Below, one piece after another: positions 22,149 through 32,825 of a stretch of 32,825 bases of DNA. How positions within the stretch are numbered: position 1 is the stretch's first letter; each line of letters begins with the position of its first letter. Source of the DNA: Guillardia theta CCMP2712 (lineage: Eukaryota > Protista > Cryptophyta); contig NW_005434627.1 of assembly GCF_000315625.1 (NCBI RefSeq), positions 137,446-170,270 of the forward strand, given 5' to 3'. Below the pieces are notes generated by a model. That model did not search any database. It was not told the origin of the DNA and saw only the letters and a list, made by a program, of their open reading frames with translations. The translations under genes were made by a program, and so were the position numbers.

Positions 22149-23500
22149 TCACAGAGGAGCTTCGGTTGGCTCCACCAGGATCTCGTTGACGGCGCAGTGA
22201 GTCTGCCAGGTGCATGAGGCGAGCAGTCGACCCCTCATACCGCCCCCTCACCTTCTGCGTCATGGCGAAAGCGATCATCTCCGCCACGTCACCACTCTGC
22301 GCAGATTTGCAAGTGAGAAGGCAGGGAGGGAGGAGGCAGGACAGGGAAGAGGAGGTGGGGACGACTCGAGGGGAAAGGTGTGGGAACCTCGAGCATCTGA
22401 CGATTCGAATCTCCTCCGAACTCAGCGAGGGCCTGCAGGGGGGGTGAGGAGAGGGCAGGAGGCGATCAGACTCACTGAAGGATCCCTCGTGTGCATCAGC
22501 AGCTCCGTCTTCACGTCTCCAGGTTGCACGTTGGTAACCTGAGCGATGCGTGAGCGAGCAGCAGCAGGGGAGGAAGAGACCTTGATGCCGAAGGCGACGA
22601 GCTCCTGTCTGAGCACCTCGAGGCAAGTGAGCGGAGGGGTACGCACAACTACCTACTTGAGCCCACGCCTCCACGAAATGCTTGGTAGCCGAGTAAACGC
22701 ACAGCCCTTGAGGAGCTTCAGCGGGACCAGGAGAAGCTTTCAGAGCTCGCCTGGGAACGGCTTCCTCCCAGCATCAGAGGAGATGTTCACGATGTGTCCT
22801 GTCATGAGCCATCACTCGAGGCTCCTAAGCTTGGAACCCTAGCAACCTTGCTTTCCCGCCTCCTTCATGGATGGCAGCACCGCCGCCTGAGCAGGTCTCA
22901 CACGCGCATCGCTGCCTTGATCAATGTGTTACCGTTGAGTTCAAGACACCCCGGCAGTTGGTGTCAAGCTGCTGGTTCCAGGACTCGACGTCGAGGTCAG
23001 ACACCTTCTGGTAGTGCATCACGCCTGATCTCGTTTCTCAGCTCTCCTCGTCCTCTTCCCCTCCTTTAACTCACCCGCACAATTTACCAGCCCCCATACT
23101 GAGCCTTTGAAATACTCACAAGCTTGAGCGACCGCCATGCGCATGGACTCGACGCTTGTGACATCAGCACACACAGCAAGAGCTTTCCCGCTCTACCCCT
23201 CGACATCAGGAGGGGCAGCCAGCAAGCGAGGAGACTCACTCCCGCCTTGTCGATGCGGCTCGCGAGATCTTCCAGCTTCTCTTTCCTGCTCCCATCACAC
23301 TCATCTTGCAGAGGCGTCCTAGGGGACATCCCAACTGACTGACCGACGAGCAAGAACGGCCACGTTCGCTCCCAAGCTCGAGAGCTTCAGCGCCGTCGCC
23401 TCACCTTAGTCAAGGTTTGACACCAGCAAAATTTCAAGTGGAGACCAACCGATCCCGCTGCTGGCTCCAGTGATGATGATAATACGATCTTTAAGTGGCT
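22149..23500 (-). CDS. Short-chain dehydrogenase/reductase (classical SDR)
   Basis: IIIITGASSGIG, GHIVNISSDAG, catalytic YSATK, VTNVQPGDVKTEL and C-terminal CAVNEILVEPT. The start exon is unresolved. Confidence 0.88.
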
Positions 23501-23589
23501 GGCGTGAAACGTGAGACAGCTCTCTTGCCCTTGCTTTGCTTGAAGCCCTCGTCCATGAATCTACCACCAATCCTCCTCATCCAATCTAC

Positions 23590-23690
23590 TCTCCTCTCCT
23601 CTCCTCTCCTCGCCTCGCCTCTCCTCTCCTCTCCTCTCCTCTCCTCTCCTCTCCTCTCCTCTCCTCTCCTCTCCTCTCCTCTCCTCTCCT
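23590..23690. repeat. (CTCTC)n microsatellite
   Basis: Direct inspection. Confidence 0.9.
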
Positions 23691-23902
23691 CATATGCTCC
23701 ATTTCAATCGAACGTCCTGTCTCCTTGCATCGCCGGTGGCTTGCCGTCTACTGTCTCTGGTCTCGAGCATTTCAACGCTGATAACTTCAGTGAGCTTCTC
23801 TTCTGATTGCTCTACTGAGAAGCTTACAGAGTGGAACGCTGCCGCTGACACTCAAGACAACTGATCTTCATTGACAACCCTAGTAAGACTACTTTCACTG
23901 TG

Positions 23903-24414
23903 NNNNNNNNNNNNNNNNNNNNNNNNNNNNNNNNNNNNNNNNNNNNNNNNNNNNNNNNNNNNNNNNNNNNNNNNNNNNNNNNNNNNNNNNNNNNNNNNNN
24001 NNNNNNNNNNNNNNNNNNNNNNNNNNNNNNNNNNNNNNNNNNNNNNNNNNNNNNNNNNNNNNNNNNNNNNNNNNNNNNNNNNNNNNNNNNNNNNNNNNNN
24101 NNNNNNNNNNNNNNNNNNNNNNNNNNNNNNNNNNNNNNNNNNNNNNNNNNNNNNNNNNNNNNNNNNNNNNNNNNNNNNNNNNNNNNNNNNNNNNNNNNNN
24201 NNNNNNNNNNNNNNNNNNNNNNNNNNNNNNNNNNNNNNNNNNNNNNNNNNNNNNNNNNNNNNNNNNNNNNNNNNNNNNNNNNNNNNNNNNNNNNNNNNNN
24301 NNNNNNNNNNNNNNNNNNNNNNNNNNNNNNNNNNNNNNNNNNNNNNNNNNNNNNNNNNNNNNNNNNNNNNNNNNNNNNNNNNNNNNNNNNNNNNNNNNNN
24401 NNNNNNNNNNNNNN
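23903..24414. other. Assembly gap
   Basis: Run of N. Confidence 0.99.
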
Positions 24415-24570
24415 TCGCCTCGCCTCGCCTCGCCTCGCCTCGCCTCGCCTCGCCTCTCCTCTCCTCTCCTCTCCTCTCCTCGCCTCGCCTCGCCTCGCCT
24501 CTCCTCGCCTCTCCTCGCCTCTCCTCTCCTCGCCTCGCCTCGCCTCGCCTCGCCTCGCCTCTCCTCTCCT
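24415..24570. repeat. (TCGCC)n/(TCTCC)n microsatellite
   Basis: Direct inspection. Confidence 0.9.
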
Positions 24571-24699
24571 TGCCTCTCCCTCTGTTCTACTCTGATGTTT
24601 ATCTTGACCTTACCATAGGGCTCGACATGCGATGCGACTGATGTTATTAGCTCCTCATCCCCCACAGACCCACCCTACCAGGCCGCCGCTGACACGGTC

Positions 24700-26030
24700 G
24701 TGTTTATGAAAGTTGAAGTTCCGTTTCAAGTTCGAGTCGTGGCAGGCCCCCGGGCCCCGGTACCGTGGTACCGTAGTACCAGGCCGGGCAGTACCGCGGC
24801 CGGACCGATCGGACCGGCGGTGGGCCCGCCGGCCGGGCCGCCCGGCGGGTGACTACGGTCAACGCTCTCTGCTCACAGTGGCAGGCTTTCAATGGCACTG
24901 ATCGGACCCGGTACTAGGCCGCCCCGGTGGCACCGTCGGCGCCGGGTCGGGACGGTGCTGCGTCACGGAGGGCCGCGGCCGGCCCGGCGCCGGGGTACAC
25001 CGGGCCACGGTCACCGGGTAGCGGCCCTCCGAGCCGGGCCGCCGGCGCCCTTCTCGCGCCGGCCGGCCCGGGCCGCCGCGTGCCTGAAACTTGAAACTTA
25101 AACTAAACTTGATCTTGGCAAGGCTCAGTACTCCGAAGTGTGACTCGGACTGACTCAAAGTTAAGTTAAAAATCAGACTGACTTCTGAAAGTTCCAGTGA
25201 CTGTAACTCGGAGAAAAGTCACACTGCGGCGGCGCCGAGAAACGGGCCGCAAACATAATCATCAGGGCCTGCCCGGCTAAGGCTTCCGAAACGGTTCAGT
25301 GCTGCTGTCCGATCCCCCAAACTTACTAACCTTGCCGCCTGATGCCTTCACTGACCGTCGGACACCGGGCATGATAAACATCCTGCAAGCCGCCTCGGAG
25401 CCTCCCGGCCGAGTCCATCAGTGCGCGGCTGGCGATGCCACTGATGACTCGCGCCGCGATCCGATCACTAAGTTCGGCTTTGTAACGTGCCAGTTTGCTC
25501 CGACGCGGCGGCCAGGTGACACATGATTGTCATACTACTGACTTGAAAACATGATGATCTACACTGCCAGGCTGAGTCAGGGCCGCCGCGACTGCGGCAT
25601 GTCCCAGTGTTGCCGGGACCGTGCCGGACCGTGCGGGCCGCCCGGCCCGGCGGCGGCCCGGCGCCGGGCGCCGGGCAAGTCAGGAGTCATGCCGCCGCGA
25701 TGCCGGTCCGACGGTCCGAGCGCGGCCAGTGCCGGGCCGGAACTTCACCGGGCCGCACGAGCTGAGGCCGCGGAGGCTTCAAGTAGAAGTCTTAAAGTTT
25801 TAGTCAACCTTGCGTTGCGATGACCAAAGGATTTACTTGCTGATATTAAGTGATGTTTTCCAATGAAACATTGTAATGTTTAAAGCATTGTTGATTAAAG
25901 TTTGCTGGGGGTTGAGAGCGGCCTGGGGGGTGACAGTGAGTGACCCGGCACGGATCCGAGTCCCGGGCGTGTGGGGTGTATCGCAAATGCGACCAGCCAC
26001 AAGGCCCGGCGGCCTCGGATCTCAGCGGTA
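24700..26030. repeat. GC-rich, CCGG/palindrome-dense non-coding island with AAGTT/AACTT-rich borders (copy B)
   Basis: Very dense CCGG/GGCC/GGTACC/TGAC motifs. GC cores are framed by short inverted AT motifs (gtttcaagtt 24723-24732 / aacttgaaac 25088-25097). Confidence 0.55.
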
Positions 26031-26159
26031 TCTCAAGCAGGTTCTCCAGCCTTACAACTAGCTTTATTAGACCCCGACTTGCCATAACCTGCCCTCTTCA
26101 GGCCCATGGGGCGTAACTGACTGACGGTTGAGACCGTTAAAACTTGTGACTCCTTGCCG

Positions 26160-27285
26160 CCCACTAGCAACAGACGAGTCCACCCCCCTGAGACCTTCGA
26201 TATAGGGGGTGGGGGTACCAATAGGGACCAAGCAGAGGGGGCCGTATAAATCTCCCCCTTGCCAGCTCCAGGAAAAAGGAGCCATGCCCTCTACTCTCAG
26301 GTAGGGGTGGTTTTGTGGTGAATTAAAGGGGTACCATTAACACCAGGCAGGACATGTTGGGGGGCGGGTTACGCCTGAGGTCATGTGCGTGTAAAAGAAC
26401 ACCCACCCCTCTTTCCATCTCCGGTACTACCCATGATTATCCCTTTAAAGTACCCCTCCTTTGCCCTTTCAGACTTGAGGCGCAGCGCACCCCTACCCCC
26501 TCCATGACAAATGCTCGGGCATCGTTTTCTCTTCGGAAAGCCTCTTCGGATACCCCTACATTTTCCCCTCTAGTACCCCCCGGGTCTATCCACCATGACC
26601 AGGTCGTAGTCCAAAAGACGTAATCCTGGGCACGGGGGTAGGTCCCGTGTAAACGATGAGACTAGGGGGGGCGAGGGGTCCCAGGGTTCCCGCGGGTCAT
26701 AAATATTGGGGCGCTACACGCCCTAGAGACGTAGAGGGTCCTAGATCTTCCTATGACCCTCTATAGCTTATTTTCACTAGCAGATCGGAAATGAGATGTA
26801 GATAGGACTGAAGGATTTTGTTGAGATACCCTGGGGTGAAGGGTGCATTTGGCTGCCAGGCAAAACGTTCGATTGGTTTCAAAATTAGGAGGGCCTGATG
26901 CCCGTGAAAATTTGAACTTGATCGATGCTCGCTTCCCAGATTTCAGTGTTTGACTGACTATTTTAGGTTCCCCCTTTAAAACATATTTAGTCATCATGCT
27001 ATAAAACACTCAACGCTTCGTGTCATCCCGACCTTGGAAAGTCACGTTACCTGTCACGTTGTGCTCCCGCAATGGGTGATACGTACCTACCCCTACCCCC
27101 TATGGCCCCCAGGTTTCTGAGCACTATTGGGGTGGGGCTTGATCAGTACCGGTATATTTGATTGTGTAGGAGAGGGTGGGGTATATGGAGACTCTTTGGT
27201 CCCTTTCCCCTATTGCGCCCCTACTACCCTTGGGTATCCGGATGTACCCCAATACTGACTGGATTTAATGGGGTGGGGGTGAAGG
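26160..27285. promoter_or_regulatory. GGGGT/ACCCC motif island upstream of the RWP-RK gene
   Basis: Many GGGGT(A/G) and TACCCC motifs in both orientations; follows the palindromic GC island as at 1931-2826. Confidence 0.45.
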
Positions 27286-27622
27286 TTTTGGCTTACGTTG
27301 TCCCCATATCTACCAGGAGCAGGAACAGCAGCAGCATCGTATCCTCCTCCTCCTCTTCTCCTTACTCTTCCCTCCTTTCCTCCCCTTACTTCTTGCTCGA
27401 GCTCCTCCTCCTCGTCCTCCTCCTCCTCCTCCTCCTCCACTCTCTGCTCCTCCGCGCCTGTGTTCTCCCGCTTTCACGAGTACGAGTACGCGTTTGCGCC
27501 TTCCATTCTCTGCTTCCCAACAGCCTACTAAGGCTGTTATGATCAACTACTCAGTGTACGGACACGGAAGTCGTGAGTCTTATTCATTCTCTTATATTCA
27601 TCATAACATTTTGACAGACAAC

Positions 27623-28441
27623 ATGTCTTTCATGAGCGATCAGTTCGCTGCCAAGCGGAACCTTGTGAGGGACCAGGTGGTCATCTATCCGCGAAGAAAG
27701 AGCGGCCAGGCCAACCGCGATCTAGGGATCGTAGTGTTGAATCGCGACATGATCGACTCCTTGTGCTGGCTTCCCCTCCCGTCCGCTGCTGAGATCTTGG
27801 TACGTCGAGTCTTCTCGTGAGGTCGTATTGACCCTCCCTCAACAGAAGATCTCTCCGACGGCTTTGAAGACTGCTTGCCGCTCTCTTGGAATCATCCGAT
27901 GGCCCTACTCTCGTGCCGAGACTCGCTGTGTTCCCTCGCCTGCTGCCGCGAGCATCCCCGCCGTGCCAGTCGCTGCTCAGCGCAAGGAGGTTCCGTCCAA
28001 GCCTGTCAAGGTCGAAGTTGCCTCACCCCCCGAACAGCCGAGTGTGTCAGCGATCATCAAGAGCGTGAAAGAGGAGCAGCAGCTCTTGGCGAGCGAGAGC
28101 AGCGAGACAGAGGTAGGGGATGCCTTGACTTGGGTCTAACTTGAATGTCTCATGAATGCTTGCAGGGAACAACCAACGATGAATGTGACTCCCTTCAGAC
28201 CTCCGACGACGAGATCAGGTGAGGACAGCCATCCCTCTCCCTCTCCCTCTCCTCTCGCCTGCTGTATTGCCTGCTGACTTGGGAAGCAGTCATCTGCTAA
28301 CGGGGCATGAGGATGACTTGGCTTGGCTGGCTGCGGGTCTCGTTCCGGTGAGGAGCTTCTTCCTTCGCATCTTGCTTGCCTGACTGTTTGTATCAGAACC
28401 CCGAGCTAGAGTTTCATGCTCCTCTTCCATGCTCAGCATAG
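27623..28441 (+). CDS. RWP-RK domain transcription factor
   Basis: LPLPSAAEIL|KISPTALKTACRSLGIIRWPYSR. Exons 27623-27799, 27846-28112, 28166-28218, 28290-28347, 28397-28441. Confidence 0.88.
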
Positions 28442-30844
28442 GCTCCTTTCTTTGATTTCTATTTGTTTTCCCACCTGTTTCACTAGCACAACGTACTCTC
28501 GTTCGAGAGCTTGTACCATCAGACCTGCGACTTTAATGAAGTTCTTCAATTGTTTCTCTTCTTCTCCCTCCTCCTGTCAGCTCCATCTCGTCGCCACTTC
28601 CGCACGAGTCCCTCGTATCTTCGCCGACATCCTTCAGCGCTGATCTCTACCTCCAGGCTCCTCTCGTCCGTCTCTCCAACCGCCTCCTGTCCTGCCGTCA
28701 CCCTCGACCAGCTTCGCTGCTCTCAGCAATCACCGTTATGCGCGTCGCTACCTGGCGGAAATCGAAGAAGCAGGAGCGAACCACCTGCGTGAGTGAGTCG
28801 AATGAATCACTCCTCCTCTTCTTCTACTCCCCCCCCCCCCTCCTTCTCTCCTCTCCTCCTCTCCTTGTACCATCCCCCTCCTCCCCTCCTCTTCTTCTCA
28901 CCGACACCAGGTGGGTCTCGGCGATGGCGTCCAACGCCAGCTGAAAGTTGGTGAGGAGAGGGACGCCTCCTCCTCGTCACCTTCTCGCGCTCCTCCAAGC
29001 TGAGAGCAGCTGCAGGCTGATGAGCAGAAGGAGAGGACGTAGCGGGAGCTTACTGGTCGGCTGTAGCTCATTGCGGCATAGCGGGCAGGACTTGCTCTGA
29101 CGAATGGCTGAGCTGAGGCACAGGGAGGACGAGACAGACTTCGGTCATCCAGCGGAGGATGCAGGGCTTGTGGTATACGTGTGAGCAAGGCAGCTTGTAC
29201 GCTTCTGCCCCCTCATGTCAGCACTGCTACACCTCCATCGCCTCCACCACCATCCCCCACCCATTCCTCTCCCTCCCCTCCCCTCCCCTCCCCTCCCCTC
29301 CCTTCTCTCCGCCTCTTCCACCTGTTCCCTCCACGAATTCCTGACGACAGACCGAGCAGTCCACACCTGTCGCTCGCATGTTCTGCTCCTGCCGCACCCT
29401 GAGCCTCCAGCAGGCAGCAGCAGCCCCAACCTGCTGCTGGTCTACGGTGACGAGCACGAGAGCATAGCGAAAAGCCTCCAGCTCCCGCGAGATCTTCCCC
29501 TCCTTCGCCAGCCTCCGCGCCCTTCCAGCTGCATCAGACGCGCTCTCAGCTCCCGCGCCTCCACCTTCCTTGCTCCCGCGTCCTGCGCAGGGCCTCGCGG
29601 TCTCTCTTCTCTCGCTCCTTCCGCTGGCAGCAGGTCATGGCAAGGACGCCCATGCGCCTCTCACCTCGTTGCGGTACTGCTCGCGAGCCTGCGCTTCCGC
29701 CTCCTTGCCGCCCAAGAGAAACGACTGAGAGGAGGAGGAAGAGACGTGAGGAAGGAGAGGAGAAAGTCAACGAGACCTCGGCACAGCGTCTGTCGAGATC
29801 TGTTGGATCAGCTCGTCACAGAGTCGTGAGGACAAGGCAAGGAGGAGACGCGGAGGAGACGAGGAGGAGGAGAAGCACCGGAGACGGCGACGTCGTCGAG
29901 GGATGTGAGAGTTTGAAGCTGATCAGCAGTCAGGTTCCAACTTAAGACCCCAAGCCTCACCGCAGTGATTGTCTTCCTGCGGTACTGATGCACGGAACTG
30001 GAAGATGGAAGGCTTAGCATTGAGAGGCTGAAGAGGAGGAGGAGGAGGAGGAGGAGGAGGAGGAGGAGGAATGGGTTCTACTGACTTGCATAAGGGGTTT
30101 CCTTTGAGAGAGAGGACGGCGAGGAGAGGGAGCGCGACCAGGAACGAGATCAGCTCCTGCTACCCGTCAGCACACAGCTGGGGGCATGGCGGACTCCTCG
30201 ACCTCTTCCTCGAAGCGGTTGCTCGACATGTCAAGGACTGTGAGGTTGGGAAGGAACTGAAGCTCGGTGATGTCACGAGTAGAGGAAAGAGAGTTGTGAG
30301 AGACGTCGAGGTTGGTCAGGTTCTTGAGGAAGATAATGCCTTCAAGGCTCGTGATGAGGTTCATGCTGATGTTGAGCGTGTGCAGCTGCGCGAGGTCTGC
30401 CGTCGCCATCGTCACCTACTGGAAGAGGCAGAGAGAAGGCGGGGAAGCGACTTCCTCTGCTCACCTTCTAGCCCGCGGAGAGACGAGATCCTGTTGGACT
30501 GGAGGTAGAGGATGCGGAGGTTGCTCAGATGCGACAACCCTTCGCACTTGTCGATCAAGTTGTGGTGCAGCCACAGCACGCGAACATCCTTCATCTCCTC
30601 CAGCCCCTGATACGACGTCATGTCCGAGATCAGCGGGCTAGAGCGACGGAGGAGGAGGAGGAGCGAGAGGGAGGAGCCGGTCAACTCACAGCGATGTTTC
30701 GGAACCTCTGGTTTTGGAGGGAGAGCTTGTCGTTGAGGGCAGCTGATCGATACCCTACAGCCTCATCAGACGGCAGGAGGAGGAAGGAAGACGATCAAGG
30801 TCACCCCCTCGCCTCGCCGCCTCTTCCACCTTGGCTCTATCCAT
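28433..30844 (-). CDS. DNAAF1/ODA7 (LRRC50)-like leucine-rich-repeat protein with C-terminal RING-H2 finger
   Basis: YRSAALNDKLSLQNQRF...GLEEMKDVRVLWLHHNLIDKCEGL, SDS22-type LRRs, LRR cap (LSLKGNPLC...YRRKTI...LTSLDD), RRCAESFLLGGKEAEAQARE coiled coil, then CSVC-x14-CSHVYHKPC...W...CPLCR. The 3' end is uncertain. Confidence 0.78.
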
Positions 30845-31089
30845 GAGCACAGTCTGTAGAAGAGCTCGCCGGGGTGACGAGCGATCCGACCCGTCAGTCT
30901 GATGGGGAGAGAGAGGATGAACCACAGCTACAGGTGATGTATCCTCTCCTCCTCCTGCTGCTGCTGCTCCTCCTCCTGCTGCTGCTCCTCCTCCTCCTCC
31001 TCCTCCTCCTCCTCCTCCTCCTCCTCCTCCTCCTCCTCCTCCTCCTCCTCTCCCCTCATCTGTTGCCGACATCGCAGTGCGATAATCTA

Positions 31090-31190
31090 AGTCCACCCCC
31101 TTTGGGTACCTGAACATAGTGGATAGACTACCCCTCTTTCGAGGCATATTTTCAGGTAAACATGACCGGTGGTATACACCCCACCACAAG
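31090..31190. promoter_or_regulatory. Short ACCCC/GGGTAC motif island between the LRR gene and Ku80
   Basis: caccccctttgggtacc, ctacccct and tacaccccacc within about 100 bp of AT-richer DNA. Confidence 0.35.
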
Positions 31191-31276
31191 TGATTCTCAG
31201 CAACTCGCAGAACAGGATAAAACTTGAGAAAAGCAGAACTACTACTGCTCCTCCTCCTCCTGCTGCTCCTCCTCCT

Positions 31277-31376
31277 NNNNNNNNNNNNNNNNNNNNNNNN
31301 NNNNNNNNNNNNNNNNNNNNNNNNNNNNNNNNNNNNNNNNNNNNNNNNNNNNNNNNNNNNNNNNNNNNNNNNNNNN
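31277..31376. other. Assembly gap (100 N)
   Basis: Run of N within (CCT)n repeats. Confidence 0.99.
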
Positions 31377-31406
31377 CCTCCTCCTACCTGCTCCTCCTCA
31401 TCATCA

Positions 31407-31441
<35 letters not shown>

Positions 31442-31848
31442 CTCCTCCTCCTCCTCCTCCTACCTCCCTCCCTCCTCCTTCCTGTCTTCTCCCTTCTTCC
31501 TTGGTTTCTCATCATTGGATTTTCCTCTCTACCTCCTCCCGTTTCATCACTCTCATCATCATTCCCCTTTCACCACCTTGTCTCCCTTCTCCTCTTGCCC
31601 TTCACCTACACCTCCTCTTCCTTGTCCTCCTCTTTCCTTGACGATGACGAGCTGCTCTTCCCCCCTCACCCTCACCATCATCATCACTCGCTCTGCTCCT
31701 GATCCTCCTCAATCCTCCGCTACACCACCTTCTCCACGAAGTTTCCTCCACCTCTCCCATCTCGTCTCTACCTCCAGCCGCTGCTCCACCTGTCAGCCCT
31801 CAGGCTCCTGTCGCTCTCTCACTTGTCGTTTCTCAGCTCTACGGCATC

Positions 31849-32825
31849 ATGGCAGGCAAGGCGAAGGAGATCAACATCGTCATCCTCGACGTAGGACGTC
31901 AGATGAAGGAGGAGGAGCTGGCCATCGGCAAGAAGTTTCTGTCGGAGTTTCTGAGGGAGAGGATCTTCGATCCTGACATGTACGCGGGTGTCGTGCTGAT
32001 AGGCGCACGAGGTGGGAGAAGGAGAGGAGAGAGGGAGGAGAACCTCTCCGGTGAGACGCTGGCAGGTGCCAAGAGCTTTTTCAGCAAGGAAGGAGGAGGA
32101 GACTTCGAGGGGTACGGCAACATCCGCATGCTCGAGAACGTGAGGAAGATCAGCTCCCGCCTACTCGAGAGCGTCAGCAACCTTAACTTGGAGCAAGGGA
32201 ATTCAAATTGTACGTGAGGGGAGGAGGAGGAGGAGGGGAGGGGATTGTCATGCTCTTGCAGATGTTGATGGGATGGTCGTTGGGCTTGACTTGCTGCACT
32301 CGTTCCTCGATGGCTTCAACTCCAAAGTCAAGCCGAAGGCGATCAGGTTGATTCTTGTCAGCAACGGGAGGGCAGCGGAGGAGGAGGAGGAGCTCAGCGA
32401 GCTCTGTGCGGTCATGCGGCATCGCTCCGTCGCCTTCTCAGCTTAGTGAGTTTGTTGCTCCTCCCGCACATGCCAATGACGATGACGATGACATCACGAT
32501 GACGCTTGTGGCACCCACAGCATCGTGAAGGAACAGGAGGGTCTCGTTTCCCATCCCCTGCTGCAGACGTTGATGGAGGAGAGCGACGCCAAGCTCTTCC
32601 TCCTCCCCCGTGACGCCCGCGCCCTCCACCCCGAGCCCCGTAACACGCAGGTCGCCACCTTCAACTCCACGTGGCGCCTGACAGCGAACCTGTCGCTCAA
32701 GGTCTGCCACTGAGCCTCCTCCTCCCCTCCCTCCTCCTCCTCCTCCTCCCTCCTCCTCCCTCCTCCTCCCTCCTCCTTCTCCCTCCTCCTCCTCCCTCTT
32801 CCTCAATCTCCTCCATTGCTGACGG
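31849..32825 (+). CDS. KU80: Ku80 (XRCC5) N-terminal vWA domain; partial, continues beyond the window
   Basis: MAGKAKEINIVILDVGRQM...GVVLIG...EGYGNIRML...VDGMVVGLDLL...IRLILVSN...TFNSTWRLTANLSLKV matches the Ku80 vWA pattern and the start of the beta-barrel, recalled from plant/animal Ku80. Confidence 0.78.

Noticed and set aside
24700-27285. Autonomous transposon or endogenous virus/virophage
   Set aside because: No ORF with transposase, integrase, RT, polB or capsid features; no long TIR/LTR or target-site duplication seen.
18108-28441. Nutrient-response gene cluster (PhoD, SDR, RWP-RK)
   Set aside because: No evidence of co-regulation; neighbours across the window are functionally unrelated.

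Overview
Intron-rich eukaryotic nuclear DNA from a cryptophyte alga (Guillardia theta-like), inferred from a nuclear phycoerythrin alpha-subunit gene with tripartite targeting. Manual splicing gives 12 protein-coding genes whose orientation alternates strictly (-,+,-,+...): a cyclic-nucleotide-binding-type K+ channel (partial), cpeA, a hypothetical gene, FCF1/UTP24, mitochondrial PDH E1-alpha (about 19 introns), a six-MA3-domain PDCD4/MRF-like protein, a membrane-anchored PhoD phosphatase, a small hypothetical protein, an SDR, an RWP-RK transcription factor, a DNAAF1/ODA7-like LRR protein fused to a RING-H2 domain, and Ku80 (partial). Most ORF-track entries are artefacts of microsatellite-filled introns or antisense shadows. 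Five of six head-to-head spacers hold non-coding GGGGT/ACCCC motif islands, and two also hold CCGG/palindrome-dense GC islands. There are three assembly gaps. Exon boundaries were inferred by eye from GT-AG sites and reading frame; no database searches were run.
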